A stretch of DNA of 63,755 nucleotides, filler included, from Choristocarpus tenellus KU-1152 (GCA_964200185.2; 12 parts of 12 records of this genome joined end to end with filler, not necessarily neighbours in it); one strand, 5' to 3'. Shown: positions 38,661 to 52,215, numbered from the whole stretch's first letter. The notes: generated from the sequence alone by a model not told the origin. Numbers and translations are program-made.

Positions 38661-38760
38661 NNNNNNNNNNNNNNNNNNNNNNNNNNNNNNNNNNNNNNNN
38701 NNNNTTAATTAATTAANNNNNNNNNNNNNNNNNNNNNNNNNNNNNNNNNNNNNNNNNNNN
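38661..38760. other. Artificial contig linker
   Basis: N44-TTAATTAATTAA-N44. Confidence 0.98.
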
Positions 38761-39644
38761 GGGGGAGGGAGGGAATGGAGAAGGAATAGCAGGAGGAATA
38801 CAATGCATGGACTTGAAGCAGCACAGCACCGGCACAGACTGGAAAGAAAAAAATAAAGGTTAAACTTGTTTTCAACCAAAAAAAATAGAAAAATAAATAA
38901 ATAGAGGGTGTGCCTCCACGATAATATCAGAAACACTAGCATTTCCACACAACAAAAACGCCTTTCAAAAGTGTACTTGAGAAAAAAAAAGGCGGCACAC
39001 ACAACACATTGTGAACAAAAAAAAAAAGCATTCGCATCAGCACACACAGGCAGGCAGGCAGGCAGGCGTTGAACCCTTCAACGGGAACAATCACGTTCTT
39101 ATCTTAATAATTTGCACCATCACATTTTTATTTTTATATTTATAATTGTTCCTGCTCTCTCTCTCTCTTATCTCTCTCTCACACCTGTCCACTCCACCAG
39201 GGTACCAAACCAAAAAACCTAACCCAGGAAAAATAAAAACAAATCCCCACCTTCTCCCCCCAACTAAAATATCAGGGCATCTGCCAACGGCGTGAGAATC
39301 ACTCGTGACATAAAAAAGGTGTACCAGAAACGCCACCAGAGGTTTTCCAACACGATCTCGCCATACTATTGTCAAGTAAGTTACAACCCTAACCCTAACC
39401 GCCACGACATGTCCCGCACTTCCAACACACAACTCATTCTGTCACAATCAAACATCTCCCCTAGACACTGCGCCTTCCGGACTCCTGGAACTCCTCCACT
39501 GCATCTTTCACCCAACCCTTATCGTTCAGCCCCCGAGCACTTGTTATCAAAAATTTGTGTCCCTCTCTCCTCCCCTTCCCACAACTCCCATAACTCTTCC
39601 CCGCCACAGTGCATGAGAACCAATCACCCTTCAAACTCAACACA

Positions 39645-39706
39645 ACACACCAAGAAAAGGTGACACACACCAAGAAAAGGTGACACACACCAAGAAAAGG
39701 TGACAC
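39645..39706. repeat. 20-bp minisatellite x3 (ACACACCAAGAAAAGGTGAC)
   Basis: Perfect tandem units with no spacers. Confidence 0.95.
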
Positions 39707-39904
39707 CATGCGGGAAGGATGACAACAGGGGATACAAGAGTGAAAGCGCCCGGAACAATAAAATTTTAAAAAACTTTCACGGAACAATAACAAAAAAAAA
39801 AAGTGAGAACAAAACATCCCGGGAAGGAACCCTATCATCCAATCTCCATCTCCCCCTCCCTCTCCCCCTTTCCTATTGCACCCTCCAACTCCGTTTTTTA
39901 CCTT

Positions 39905-39911
39905 CTACTCC

Positions 39912-39943
<32 letters not shown>

Positions 39944-40069
39944 CTGGCCTACACTTTGTGCCTTGAACTCAAACGTCGGCCTGGATGATGAGTAATACTT
40001 ACCATACTCTACCTTCTCTCCGGCCTCCTCACGAGAGTCCCGAGCCGCGGCCTCATCCCTGGCCCACTC
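39905..40069 (-). CDS. Probable last exon of complex I ESSS/NDUFB11-like subunit (not in the ORF track)
   Basis: gtag acceptor; EWARDEAAARDSREEAGEKVEYGKYYSSSRPTFEFKAQSVGQ(E)10*; WA.xEA..R matches the ESSS C-terminal motif as recalled. Confidence 0.55.
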
Positions 40070-41146
40070 CTACTCCCGACAAAACAAAGCGTGCGTTGGC
40101 GGAGAGTAGGAAGGCGGGTGAGTTGCAAGCAGAAAGGGCAAGTCAGGGATTCGGGGGGGGGAACACTGTTCAAAACCTTCAGGCCAGTCCAACAGTGTCT
40201 TGACAGAGAGTAGGAAGGTGAGTGAGTTTCTATTGAGGGGTGGTGGGGGGTGGGAGGTGGGAACGTGCCAAAAACTGATCAGATGTCAAAAACTGTCTAT
40301 TCTTCTTGGTATTAGGGTTAGGGGGAAAAGAATAAAAGGATTTCGGAAGAGATATCACCGGTCTCAAAATATTAAAATAAAGAATAAATACACACGAGCA
40401 AAAAGAGTACAATTCACCACAGTGCCACCAGGGCTGATCCAAATGAGAAAAAATAATAAAAAATAATATATATATATATATATATATTATACTGCTCAGC
40501 TTAAGAGTAGGATCGAATTTTTGCAATCACATATCCTTTCAAATTCAACGACCAAATCTTTAAAAAAAAATTGTGGGCAAATTCGAAAAAAGTGTTTATT
40601 TGTAAATATTTGGTGGCGTTTAAAGAAAAAATGCACTCCATTTTTCAATCTCTCTTAAAATATAAAAAATAAAATCTACTCGATCATGTTCCAGTAATGA
40701 GCAAAAACACTGCCGCAAAAAAAAACACAAATATATATATATATATATAAAATTGAAAAAATCATCATCCTTCCATTTTCGTTTTCAAATAAGGAGTAAT
40801 CTAAAAAAAAAAAAAAATCGTTGCGATTTACGACTCTAAAAAAAAAATCTTTGTCTCCATACTCCAAAAAATTAGAAGAAAAAAAATCAAATCGTTGCAA
40901 TTCACGGCTCTAAAATTTTCTGTTCTATGATTTTTTTTTTTTAATCTTTATCTTCGTACTACGTACTGCATACTCCAAAAAATTAGAAGAAAAAAAAGAA
41001 ACCAATACCGATGCGCTCATCCCGATACAATTCACTGCCACGGTACCACAAAGAAATTTCCGCGAAAGCTTTAAAACCGAAATCCACTACTAACTACGCT
41101 ATAGTGCGACGGCTCCGAGCTCCAATCTATCTTTACTAAACCAAGA

Positions 41147-41385
41147 GGGTGAAAGTATCTTAGGGTTAGGGTACACGAGTTTTTCCCTGTTCCGTTTGGG
41201 GGGCTTTCGGCTTCCCATGTTTAAAAATATATATATATTTCTTTCCTACTCCAACCTGTTTCAGAGTTACGTAAAACGCATACGTTATGAAAAGGTGTGT
41301 CCGGAACAAGGATATTGACACTTCCTCTAAACAAACACAATAGTCAAAATTACATTCAAATCGCACCATTGGATTTCGGACCCCC
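41147..41385 (+). mobile_element. MITE family B, diverged and truncated
   Basis: GGGTGAAAGTATCTTAGGG...CGTTATGAAAAGGTGTGTCCGGAACAAGGATATTGACAC. Confidence 0.85.
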
Positions 41386-41462
41386 CCCCCCCCCCCCCCA
41401 CACAAACACAACCAACAAACCAACAAAAAAAACGACATAAAAAACAAAAAAAAAAAAAAAAA

Positions 41463-41562
41463 NNNNNNNNNNNNNNNNNNNNNNNNNNNNNNNNNNNNNN
41501 NNNNNNTTAATTAATTAANNNNNNNNNNNNNNNNNNNNNNNNNNNNNNNNNNNNNNNNNNNN
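41463..41562. other. Artificial contig linker
   Basis: N44-TTAATTAATTAA-N44. Confidence 0.98.
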
Positions 41563-41602
41563 CGGGGGTAGCCCCCCCCCCCCCTCCCAGATACTTTGGG
41601 TC
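41563..41602 (-). mobile_element. MITE family A end at contig start
   Basis: CCCAGATACTTTGGGTC. Confidence 0.75.
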
Positions 41603-42084
41603 AAGACATCAATGCGATCAGGCACGAAAATTTAACGCATGGTCACGAGGGTATTCCCAGATGAGCATGATCTCGAAACCAAGTTTTGATGAGCTGGCTA
41701 CCCCAGAAGTCATAACTGTGAAATTGGTAGACCCATCCCAAATAGATACGCTGGCAAACACGAAACCATTAGATTCGTAGGCTGAAGCTACTTTTTGCAG
41801 CTATCAAAGTTGGAAGGGAAACTGCGTGAGGTAAGAAAGGTTGTTCAGGGTCACTCAGTGCTACTGATTTTCACGAAATGCAACCCGTATTGTGGAAGGT
41901 ATCCGTTTGATGAATGGGTCAAAACAAACGAAAAATGCCCAGAGTTGCATTTCAAACATATATATATATGCTGACAAACATGTGCTTCGATTTTTTTTAC
42001 GAAAGCGTGTAGGAGTTTTGTGAGTTCTGTAGAAAATTTAATTTTACGAGTGAAGTGCAAAAGGTTGAAAAAATTGTTTAAATT

Positions 42085-42127
42085 GCAAATTGGCCAAAAC
42101 CGGAGTACCTCTCGTTTACTTCGGCTC
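42085..42127 (+). mobile_element. Family C right terminus, possibly the end of a longer C-type element
   Basis: TACCTCTCGTTTACTTCGGCTC preceded by a GCAAA..GCCAAAA motif as in 29255-29297. Confidence 0.7.
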
Positions 42128-44459
42128 GTGAGTCAAACCAATTGAGAGGTAGGCAAGTTTGGACCCTTCTTCTGCATTCCAAGTCATCATTCTTACCCCA
42201 TACACTCTATTTGCATTGCTTTTTGTACACAATAACAGTGTATCCAAAACTTATATTCCCCCTTTCAACACACAAATTGATACCACAATCAATTCAGAAT
42301 CACATATTTTTGCCCTTTCTCAGGATCCATAAAATGCAACCCTCCGTTTCTCTTAGTCGATTTGGATTAGTGCTAAAAGAAGATAATGAAGACCATGAAG
42401 GGGGTGCCTCAAAAGAGATTAAACATCATCACTGCCAAAAGTTTTAGTATCCGCTTAAATCAACCTTAAAAAGTCATCTGTATAGAACAAACTGTGCTCG
42501 TTAGAGTCTTGGATGGAATGCTTCCCAAGCTCCTCGCCCTGGACTAAGCTAGGTTTTAGGCAAAGGAGGGCACCGGTGTAGCATAACTGTTAGTCAAATA
42601 ATAAATAGATGATAGAAAAATGTCTTTCACATTTAAGACAACAGCTTCTTTTTATGGAGTTAGTTGTTTTAACCTTTTGATAGTTCTTCATTGTATTTTC
42701 CCTGACACACCTGCTAAGTGTCAGAAGGGCGTAATACATAGTCCTGTAAGTGTACCGTACGGCATACCATACGAACTCAAACTACTCTGGGCGCCCAGAG
42801 CAATTACGAAGAGACTCCTTGTTGTGTTGAAATATTCAACACTGGACCAGTGGTTAAGATGAAATCGTGTGCATTGATTGGTAGAGGACAATAAGTACCT
42901 TGGTGTGAATATATAACGTTAGAGTTGCAAGGGGCTTGTGGTCTCAATTCCACTTGCTGAACTTATGGGGTGATACAGGTGTAGACTACCATGTGGGATT
43001 TGCAACGTCCACATGGATAATCAGAAAATAATACTATCACTTACTATGTACCAAACATGATATGCGGACGGATAAAATCTAATATCAGGTCGCTACTATA
43101 CAGGAACGTTGGGTAAACCCCGACTGAAATATATGGAAACACGTATCTGGGTCGACCTTTCCTAATCTGCTCCACTGGTGGTGTCTGCAGTGTATCAGCA
43201 GCTCTATCCATTGACACCTTGCAGTCTTGAAGTATCGTGCCACGGTTCGGCACTCCACTGCATACACAGCACCACATTGGTACACTTCTCATCAATAATA
43301 TCGATACGACACTCCATTGTAATACTAACAATAGAATTAAGCGTATCGGCGCTCTAGAGCATGAACCACAGGGCGGAGTGTTCTCTGTTGAGGATGCATC
43401 AACCTGCCTGCCAACAATGTACTGTTGTTCACCATGGCCTTGAAACTCCTACATTATTTTATCAACCGACCATTCACGCAAAGAGAAAGAGCACCACGAT
43501 AAAATAAAGACGAGAGGAGTAGGCAACATGTGATGGTACGAAAACAAACTCTCCACCAACTGAGATGCTCAAGAGGTACCACATTTTCCATCACTTACAT
43601 ACTTACCTTATATTGGCATTATCTGGAAAGGCCTTGACATCCGTCCCTCTCAACATAACCTTCAGTCCCTTCTCCTGCCCATGTGCCAATAATCCTCGAC
43701 ACAACCACCTGGCCACCTCAAACGTTAAGAGGTCGTTGCAAAATCTGCAATAGGTCTGCTGTTGTTGTCCTAGGCTACCCATGCTTACCAGTCCTACACT
43801 TCCCCCCCAACCCTCATCAATTCCTTTGCAGCCTCCGGGCTTGCCTGCGCTCCGAAAACAACATACCTCCTCACTGGAGCGGAGCATTCAGTTGTGCTGC
43901 AGCAATACCACCAGCACCAAGTAGTAGACGGCCAGTCTCAGCAGACACCCAGGCGTGTTAATATTGCATTACAAACCCTATCATTTCATACTACTACGTA
44001 GTACTCTAGAGTATGTATACAGTACATTTAACATCATCACGCAGGTTCCCGTAGGATGCACAGTCGGCAATGCTCCTGGTGAGCGTGTGTTGGCATGGTG
44101 TACATCATACTATGTACCCTCTGTCGAAAGAATCGTGGGAGATGATGGTGCACGTTTGTCTAAAATTAAAATATTTACTCTCATGCTACCAAGCTCGGAG
44201 TGGGCGAACCACCACCTGATTGTCAAAAGATTTCAAACAGAATCAGATCTGCTCGACTGTACAAAAGCCATCCGCAACCGCTGAACTCGCGACAGCAGCA
44301 GCCAGGGATGCCAAAACGAGTCACAGTAGTAGCAGTAGCAGTAGCAACGCCAACGACTTCTCTAAAATCTACTAAGCATCAAACAAAGCAACCTAGTTGA
44401 AGGAGTAAGATGCGCCCACAAGGTCGTTGATGATGTAGGGCTGGTTCGACAGCTCCTCG

Positions 44460-44559
44460 NNNNNNNNNNNNNNNNNNNNNNNNNNNNNNNNNNNNNNNNN
44501 NNNTTAATTAATTAANNNNNNNNNNNNNNNNNNNNNNNNNNNNNNNNNNNNNNNNNNNN
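44460..44559. other. Artificial contig linker
   Basis: N44-TTAATTAATTAA-N44. Confidence 0.98.
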
Positions 44560-44560
44560 C

Positions 44561-45038
44561 GTCTGGAGGGGTGGGGAGCCTTACATTCCAAACTTCAACA
44601 CAGACCCGTGGACCCGTCATGCTTTACAATTTAAGGGGGTCTCCACCCCAGCCCTATGTGTTTTCTGCGAGGAGGGTAGGTCGACAAACGTAGGGGTGCT
44701 GACTGTGGCGAAGTCGGGTGCATGTATTGAATCTCTTCGTATGTGCACGATGGTTCGCTCCCTTGGCTACGTGGGATCCTTCTTGAAGGAGTATAGTAGT
44801 GCAGCGTTACTCCTCACAGGTGCACTCCGGAATCAGGCACTACTTGAAGTGGTAGCAAGGCCAGGTGACAACAAGAACGTTGTAGGTACTTTCATTCAGA
44901 CTCCTTCTGCGGTGGGAAATGGGTCCTCCAGTTGTGGAACCATCCACTTAGACACGGCCAAGACTCCAGCCAATGAGTCTCAAAAAGCTGCTTTGCTAGC
45001 TCTATCTGGTAGTCTCGACATTATCATTGGACCTCCAG
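44561..45038 (+). CDS. DNA2/NAM7 (UPF1-like) SF1 helicase, exon (5' truncated)
   Basis: Frame open from the contig start; Q motif NESQKAAL and first half of Walker A, IIGPP-G|gtatgg. Confidence 0.88.
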
Positions 45039-45909
45039 GTATGGGTGGTAGTGATTGACTGTAGATAGATTGGCTGAAGTGGTGAATGTGGTTGGTATTA
45101 TTGCTCACCATGGTAGGATATATGGCAGATTCAGTGCTGAAGAATGTAGGCCGATGTTGAGCCTAAATGTAGCAGGAAATATGCTCCAATCACTTATTTG
45201 CATTGTTGACTTTCAGGTATGATACTTTGGGTGTATAAATAACTGATCATGACCGCTGAACAGGTGTTGCTCAGCTTACACAATAGCAACCGTTTACATA
45301 AATTGGGAGTGAAAACAGCCCACCCAATATAATCCTGTCAGCAAAAGTCGGTCGGAAATGGTTCGTTATATGTTGATCGCAAAACAATCCACACAGAACA
45401 ATTCGCTGGAACAGGATATAGAAAATATGATATCTGAAATAGCAAGTCTCCCAAGCTTCCACAATAGTAATACCTTTAAGGACCACTGTTGTCATCTACA
45501 ATTTCTGGCAGAGCTCTCCAAATCGTGTAGAGGTTGCTTATTCGGCTCCTTCCAGTTTTTGGTAGAGTGTAGAGATTAATCTGACAATGGATTTCTCATG
45601 TTTTTTTATTTTAAGTGAAAACAAAACTAGAAATGGTTTACTCGCATTCCACACGAAATTGCATACAAGAAACACACCATTCCTTTGACGTGTTTCTGTC
45701 TGTAAATTGTTATTGTTGCTGTTGTTGTTAATATGTATATATTCGTTTATGTGCTAATAATTATTGTCACTGTCATGAGAATACTGATTTCAGATCTGGT
45801 TTAGCGGCACAATGTTCACCATCTTTGTCCAACTCAAAGAATTCGATCAATTTTAGGTCATTATATAGGATGATCGGGATGTAGGGGCGGCTAATGATTC
45901 GAGCATTGA

Positions 45910-46440
45910 TCAAATTAATCTGTGCACCACTTGGGGGCCTAGTTTTTTTATTCGTCCATAGGTGAAGTTCAGGAGAATTTTCTCCACGGCATGCTTCCTG
46001 AGGGACGTAAGTGATGCTAGTTCATCGGACTTGCAGCTTTCCTCCAGGACCGCGAAGCGGTTGGTAGATAGGAGTGCCATACTGCGGGGGGACCTGTCCC
46101 TGGGTTGAACCTCTGCCGTCCCGTCTTGCTCAAGCAAGCCTCTTAGGACGCTGCCAACCACACTGGTTGACGGAATATCGGTGTTTCCCTCAGAAGCACG
46201 GGTGGCAATTTGTTCTGGCTCGCTTAAGCCAGTGATATTCCCTTTATCTTTGTCGTTCTTGTCTCGTTTCTGTTTGTCTTTGGTTACTTCTTTACTTGAT
46301 AGATCCATCCCTTAGACTGTCGGTATGAGTACCACTGTGGTGAGGCAGGGTCCAATCAGTTGTGGGGGGTGTTCAGAATCACCAGTTGTGTCTGGGTGGG
46401 ATGCTTTCAGCAAACCCAAAGCTCTCTCAGTCATCAAATC
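45910..46440 (-). mobile_element. Intronic antisense ORF, probable retroelement ORF1/gag remnant
   Basis: 132-codon basic, low-complexity ORF with an STNRFAVL motif, inside helicase intron 1. Confidence 0.4.
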
Positions 46441-47305
46441 CTAGAAATTTGAATGGAATGTTGGATCCGATGGGTGACGTCACACGCTTGTGACAGCCAA
46501 CGGTAAGTGATCTGAGAATTCTTAGGACTTCTCCGTGTTTGATATTGATGGGAACGTCATCAATGAAAGAAATGTGCGTGAATACACTTATGAGTGCGCG
46601 CGTATATGTCTTGGACGAACATCAGTACCCATCAAAACCTGTCCTTCACACTGTTGTTATAATTGTTATTGCTGTTTTTATTGTTGATATTGATATTTAT
46701 TATTATTCATTCCTACTGTTACTAATATTATATTGTTGTTATTCTTGTCATTATTTTATTGTTCTTATTGCTACTAATTAGGCCATATCCTATCCGGGAG
46801 CAATCTTTAGGTTACTTTCTTTTCAGTCTTATTTTTAGGAAGCAAATCAACAACAACAAAAAATGGCCTACACACCAACACAAGGGGCCAAATTATACAA
46901 TTCTTCCCTCCACAATGAATCTTCACCATCATCACGATCTAGATCTTTCCATATGTCCATTTTTGTGGTCCAGTGCCGGATAGTAAAATACAGGTGCACC
47001 TTCCCAATGCACTTGCCATGTAGTCCATCGAAGTCAAATTTCCTGCAAAGAGGATCTGGTTGCTGCAACCAGGATTCTATCAAGTGGCAGAATACCTAGG
47101 ACTAGGTATATGGAGATGAAATATGAAGATCATTCTTTTTACTCCAAAAACTCCGCCCAATTATATCTACACTTGCTCGTCAAACCATGAGAGCTATTTT
47201 ATTACCTATCTTCATTTTCTTACACCATGTTGTATTGCTATCTATGTCTGAGTTTGTTGGATCTCTTATTCATATGATGAGTGACGTGAAGTTCTTGCTG
47301 TACAG

Positions 47306-47439
47306 GTACGGGCAAGTCCACCACCATATGGCATATACTCAATACCAAGGTCAAAGAGGATGCAAGGGTGATTGTCACTTGCACTCGCAACCAGGCCATT
47401 GATGCTGTGGTTGGTAAGGTCTCGTCCTTTGGTGTCTTG
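47306..47439 (+). CDS. SF1 helicase exon (Walker A second half and motif Ia)
   Basis: tacag|gt completes GPPGTGKSTTI; VIVTCTRNQAIDAV; donor ttg|gtgagt. This frame is absent from the ORF track. Confidence 0.9.
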
Positions 47440-48434
47440 GTGAGTTACAGTTCCCTAATATCCTAATGTTGTGACTAAAGTATTATTTTAATTGTACTTT
47501 GGCTAGAAAGAGCTGTCTGTACTGCTGTGGTGGGTGAGTTTGTGTACAGCAACAAAATGTTGCAGAGAGTGTTGAGATTTTAAAGTTGTATTTTTTGAAA
47601 AAAGATGGGATGTGGTTCATTTTCTGGTTGTGCTCCACCAAGCTTTCGTGTTAAATGTACTAATCGACTTAGCTTTTCGGTTAACGAAGCGCTCTACGGA
47701 CAAAGGAACATTCTAGAAGCTGTTAGAAAGGTTGTACTAGATAGATAATCCAAAGCGATTTCTCTTACGCTGTCTTCAGCAATCCCTAAGTCATTTCAAA
47801 ATGTTGTTGCTTTTGTGCTACCTGTCAGACCGTCCCCTAGTATCAATTGAGTTTGATACTCGATGGGGGGAGCTACAATCTGTTGTAAATTGTTAGGGAT
47901 CGTCAGTATTTTATACAGTGTGGTGTACGTGATGTACTGAGCAGTTGGTACTATCCATTCGATGCACATAAACTTACGAAAACTCTGGGAGCATTTTGGT
48001 TCTTCGGGAACAAAATATAAAGTGTGGGGAGTGACATACAGATAGGTATACTATTGATATTCAAGATATTCCGATTTCGACAAAGTGACAATACGATCAA
48101 ATGGAGTTTAATATGATATTGAACTGGACGTTTCCCCTGACAGCTGATCACGAGATGTAGGAATAAAAAATATAATGGAGAATGCCAAAGAACAATAATA
48201 TTACAACAGAGTTTGGCGCGTAGTTGGGACCCAGCACAACAGAATATTACTCCTTTCTTGTAACATTCGCAGTACGAACGGTTTACCAAGGTGCTCGAGT
48301 ACCTTGATATACAGGCTAATATTGATAGTGGTGGAGAAATAGATTAGTGTTAATTCACATTTAAAGTGGTTTATAGTGTTTTTCACATTTATGATATTTT
48401 ATTTCCTTAGAGGGATCATACTGACATACGCGTA

Positions 48435-48483
48435 GTTTTCATTTGTTTCCCCCGACACACCTCCAAAATGTCAGAGGGCATAA
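48435..48483 (+). repeat. Repeat family D copy (intronic)
   Basis: GTTTTCATTTG...CCGACACACCTCCAAAATGTCAGAGGGCATAA. Confidence 0.7.
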
Positions 48484-49018
48484 CAATAAATATATACAGA
48501 CTAATCTTTTTTTGAACTCTGTAAAATACTCTGACTATAGATAAATAAAATAGGAATATAATATGACACTACCGAACTGAAAGAATTAAGACAGTCTCTG
48601 TTTCTACGCATAAAAAGCAAAAAATATACAAGTGGTTGAAGAGTATTGTATAACTTGTCCATCCACGCTCTTGTTCTAAAATGCTTGCGTAAGTATATGT
48701 GTATACAAAAATACTTGTTTTGTCCAGAAACTCAACAGTCAGTCGGTTTGTGTGAATTCGAGTAAACATTCTATCCCTTTTGTCGTTTTACGTAAAATAC
48801 GCAAGGCATTTACTGTGGAAGGGTGGTGGTGTCTGATGCTCATTTGCACGATTATCCCAAAGTTTGAGGTTATTTAATGGGTGTATGCTGTATCGCTCAC
48901 AACCTCAGAGCTTGATAGATGGCAAACGAGAATAAACTATCATACAGTAGTTGTAGTGGTGATAGCAATCCATATTTCGTACATACTTGATTCCCCCAGT
49001 ACGTCACACTCTGCCCAG

Positions 49019-49882
49019 GTGTTTGGCAATGAGGCTCGCATCGGAGAAGAGGCTAAAGAGTTCACTCTGGCAGGCCACCTCCGTAATGATGCCGAGCTCA
49101 TCTTTTGGCGCGCTATCTCTAAGACATTGCAGGATGCCACCTCTAAATGTCTCCGCTTTCTGCAACAGTGGTGGAAAGTGCAAGTCAACGCGTTTCCAGG
49201 CCTGCAGCGCCTTGAGAATAAAACGGTAGAAGGCTCAAACAGGCATCTACATATCACCAATGAAGGCAAAGCTGCATTGCACTGGATCAAAGCGATACAA
49301 GCTGCCCTTGAGACTGTTGGTCGGCTCAAGAAGAACGGGACTGGAATGTCTAGCTTGCTCTGCCAGGCTGAATGCTGGAAACAAGTCCTCCAGTGTGGCA
49401 AGTCTAGGGTGGATGCAATCGTTCATAGGTTGGAATATCTGACCCGTGTCCGTATCTTGACTCAGACACGTGTGCTGCTATGTACCATTGATAGCACTGC
49501 ACGCATGGTGTCAGAGATGGAGGATGGATTGGCAAAGCCAGAGTTTGAGGAACGGGGAAGCCCTTACAGTAGGGGTCGACTCAATCTGTCATTTGATACA
49601 GCCATCATAGATGAGGCGGCCTGTGTGCTAGAGACGGCCATTCCTGTTGTGCTTGGGCTTGGAGTGATGAATCTTACCCTTATTGGGGATGAGAAACAGC
49701 TACAACCTTTTACCCATGTGATAGACTCACAAAGGGAAGGTCCTTCTGGTGGTGGGCTTGGTAGGCTTGGGAATGGAGTGGAAATGCACCACTCACGGAG
49801 TCTAATGGAGAGGGCTCTGGCTGCAGGGGCCTCAGCCAATATGCTAACCATTCAGTACCGGATGCACCCAGCCATTTGCGAG
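49019..49882 (+). CDS. SF1 helicase exon (motifs II-IV)
   Basis: FDTAIIDEAA, LIGDEKQLQP, SLMER, LTIQYRMHPAICE; gcccag acceptor and gag|gtatgt donor. Confidence 0.95.
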
Positions 49883-50950
49883 GTATGTTCACCTATACAA
49901 AGTAGTACGTTTCGGCATATTTTCTGTAGATGTTGAATTCAGATCATGGACAAGAAAGCTACTTGAGTTTCGTGTTGCCTGTTATTTGTATGACGTACTA
50001 CTGCTGTATGTCGGTGTTTGTATAGGATGAGGTGCACACATGGTTTGTGAAAACTTTATTAGAAAATATTAATGCATTTTTGGGCTTCCTGCATCAATTT
50101 TTGGCATTCATAATATTATTGAGATAAGTTTTTAGTGATTCGTGTATTATGTTTCCAATATTGTTTCTCTTTCCTTCATGGTTTTCCCATCGTGTCCAAT
50201 GGTGTGTGATGCCTGCAGCGAAGTGGATTGACGATCATTTGACTTCTCAGAGGAACTGGAAAATGTTCCGTTAGTGACACCCCATCCTCTGTTGTCCTCT
50301 GAGATGTTAGTTACTTGTAGGAGGTGGCTATGTCGGTAGAAAAAAAGAAAGCGTAAGAAAGGCAGCATAAGGAAAGACATTTATTGACGTACCATATGTC
50401 TGTGTCCCAATGTGGTTCGGAAACTCCATTTTTTTTCCTTTCTCGCCATTGGAAAGCAAGCGCGCGCTAGCAAACCGCGCGCGGAAATCGCATTCTCCTA
50501 CTGTGTCTGGACGTAATTACACAAAAGCAAGAGGAAAGCCCAATACGCCGTAAATGCGCATATGTAAGATTGATGACCTCACATTATCTGGAGCAATTAA
50601 CCTCCTAACTTAGTCCTGGAGGACATACACTGTTTTCCCATATTGTCATTTCGATATATAGTTGAAAGTAAATTGTATTCTTCAACGACTTTATTGTAGT
50701 TCTGGAAATATTTACAAAGAAATAATGTCGCAAATTTGACGAACTATTTTGACTCCTGCTTCAGCCTTGGCTTAGTGATGTTTGGAGTTGCAAGTAGACT
50801 GCCTTGTAGATGGTATCATGCTGATATTGACCAGGGAGGGCATTATCTACCTTTGCCCTTCACATTGTTCATTGCTGACCTTTCTACTCCAATACTACCC
50901 TTTCATGCCAAAGTCCCAACCTCGCCCTACTCTCCCCCTTCTTCCTTCAG

Positions 50951-51076
50951 CCCATCTCCAAGCTCTTCTACGGTAACAACCTCACTACTGCAGACTCGAC
51001 AGTGGCTATCCGCACTTCACGTACCCCATGCAAATGGGTGCACATTGGTGGTGGTGAGGTCTATCACAAGGGACGG
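50951..51076 (+). CDS. SF1 helicase exon
   Basis: ttcag acceptor, PISKLFYGNNL (S..FY...L motif), donor cgg|gtaagt. Confidence 0.85.
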
Positions 51077-51459
51077 GTAAGTCCCTTTTGCTGATACTAT
51101 CTTGAAATAGTTGCTGTATGCGAGGAGGGGCGCAGGGATGTGCAAAAAAGTTATACGTTTCGACTCAACTGATCTTCATTTGAGTGTAAGGAGTGCATAC
51201 GCCAACTGATAGTCGATATATTTCAAGTATATATATTTGCATTGTGGAATAATTTGAACCAATGCAAACCGTAAAAACCTAAACAACTCTTATTTCCTCA
51301 TTATTTTGAGTCTGCCTTTTCTTTATTCTGTCCTGACACAAACAGGAAAAAAAAAGTAACAAAGCCAAAGCAAACCAGAGATACCCAGATTTTTGCTATT
51401 TCGTATTTAAGTTTGTTTTTCAATCTCTTGCATTTCTCACATATTTCTGTAGATATCCA

Positions 51460-51555
51460 TGTTCCAAGTCTAACTTAAAGACTGCATTTTCTCCTTTGTT
51501 TGAAAATTTTCAACCTTATCCAGAAAATATCCTGTACACATTTGTAAAAAAGGAA
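51460..51555 (-). mobile_element. Family C internal fragment
   Basis: Reverse complement resembles TTTT..AAATGTGTA(C/T)AGGAT..TTTT...AAATTTTCAAAC in the C copies. Confidence 0.5.
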
Positions 51556-52013
51556 AAAACACGCTATCTTTGTGCGCAATTGCTGAAAGATCCCTTGCTG
51601 AATTGTGATGTCTCCTTGTGTGTAGAAGGGGGGAATATAATATTTGTGTGTAATATTGTGTACATAGAGCAAAGAAATAGAGTGCACTGTTCAGGGTAAG
51701 AAAGGTGGCATTGAGTGCAAAACTGGTTCAAACTTGCTTGCCCCTCAGTTGGTCCAGCTCTTCTGGTTTCGTGTTCTGGAGGACAAGATATGACATTAAA
51801 ATATTTTGACTGAGTAAGGCATAACGGCATCACACAGTCCCTCCCTCACCAGATTAATTCGTTTCTGGGATAGGATGCGAGGAGCAAACCACGGTTATGG
51901 TACCTTGGAGCTAAATCTAAAGGTTACCATGCTTCCATGCTTTTCCTGGTCGATTTGACGATATGCTTGACCTATATCATTGTGCCAGGGTGTTCTCTAA
52001 CGTTCTCTAAGAA

Positions 52014-52215
52014 GAGCCAAAGTATCTTAGAGGGTAGATTCGCGTCCATTTGGGTGCACAATCCAATGTTGCGATTTTGATGTAATTTTGGCTACGTATT
52101 TGTTAGCAAGTGTCAATATCCTTGTTCTGGGCACACCCTTTCGTAACATATATATTTTACCTGCTCCGAAATATTTCGGAGTAGGAAAATGTCATAAAAA
52201 AACTGTGGGAAGTGA
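52014..52215 (-). mobile_element. MITE family B interrupted by A
   Basis: GAGCCAAAGTATCTTAGAGGGTAG... homology stops at GGGAAG, where A begins. Confidence 0.9.

Noticed and set aside
39645-39706. CRISPR-like repeat
   Set aside because: 20-bp units abut directly with no spacers, there are no cas genes, and the context is eukaryotic.
22219-40069. Cluster of organellar genes (carrier, M16 peptidase, ESSS)
   Set aside because: They lie on three different contigs; the proximity is a concatenation artefact.
43340-44459. Minus-strand exon candidates (43607-43875; ...INDLVGASYSFN*)
   Set aside because: Splice signals are plausible, but there is no recognisable motif and no consistent gene model.
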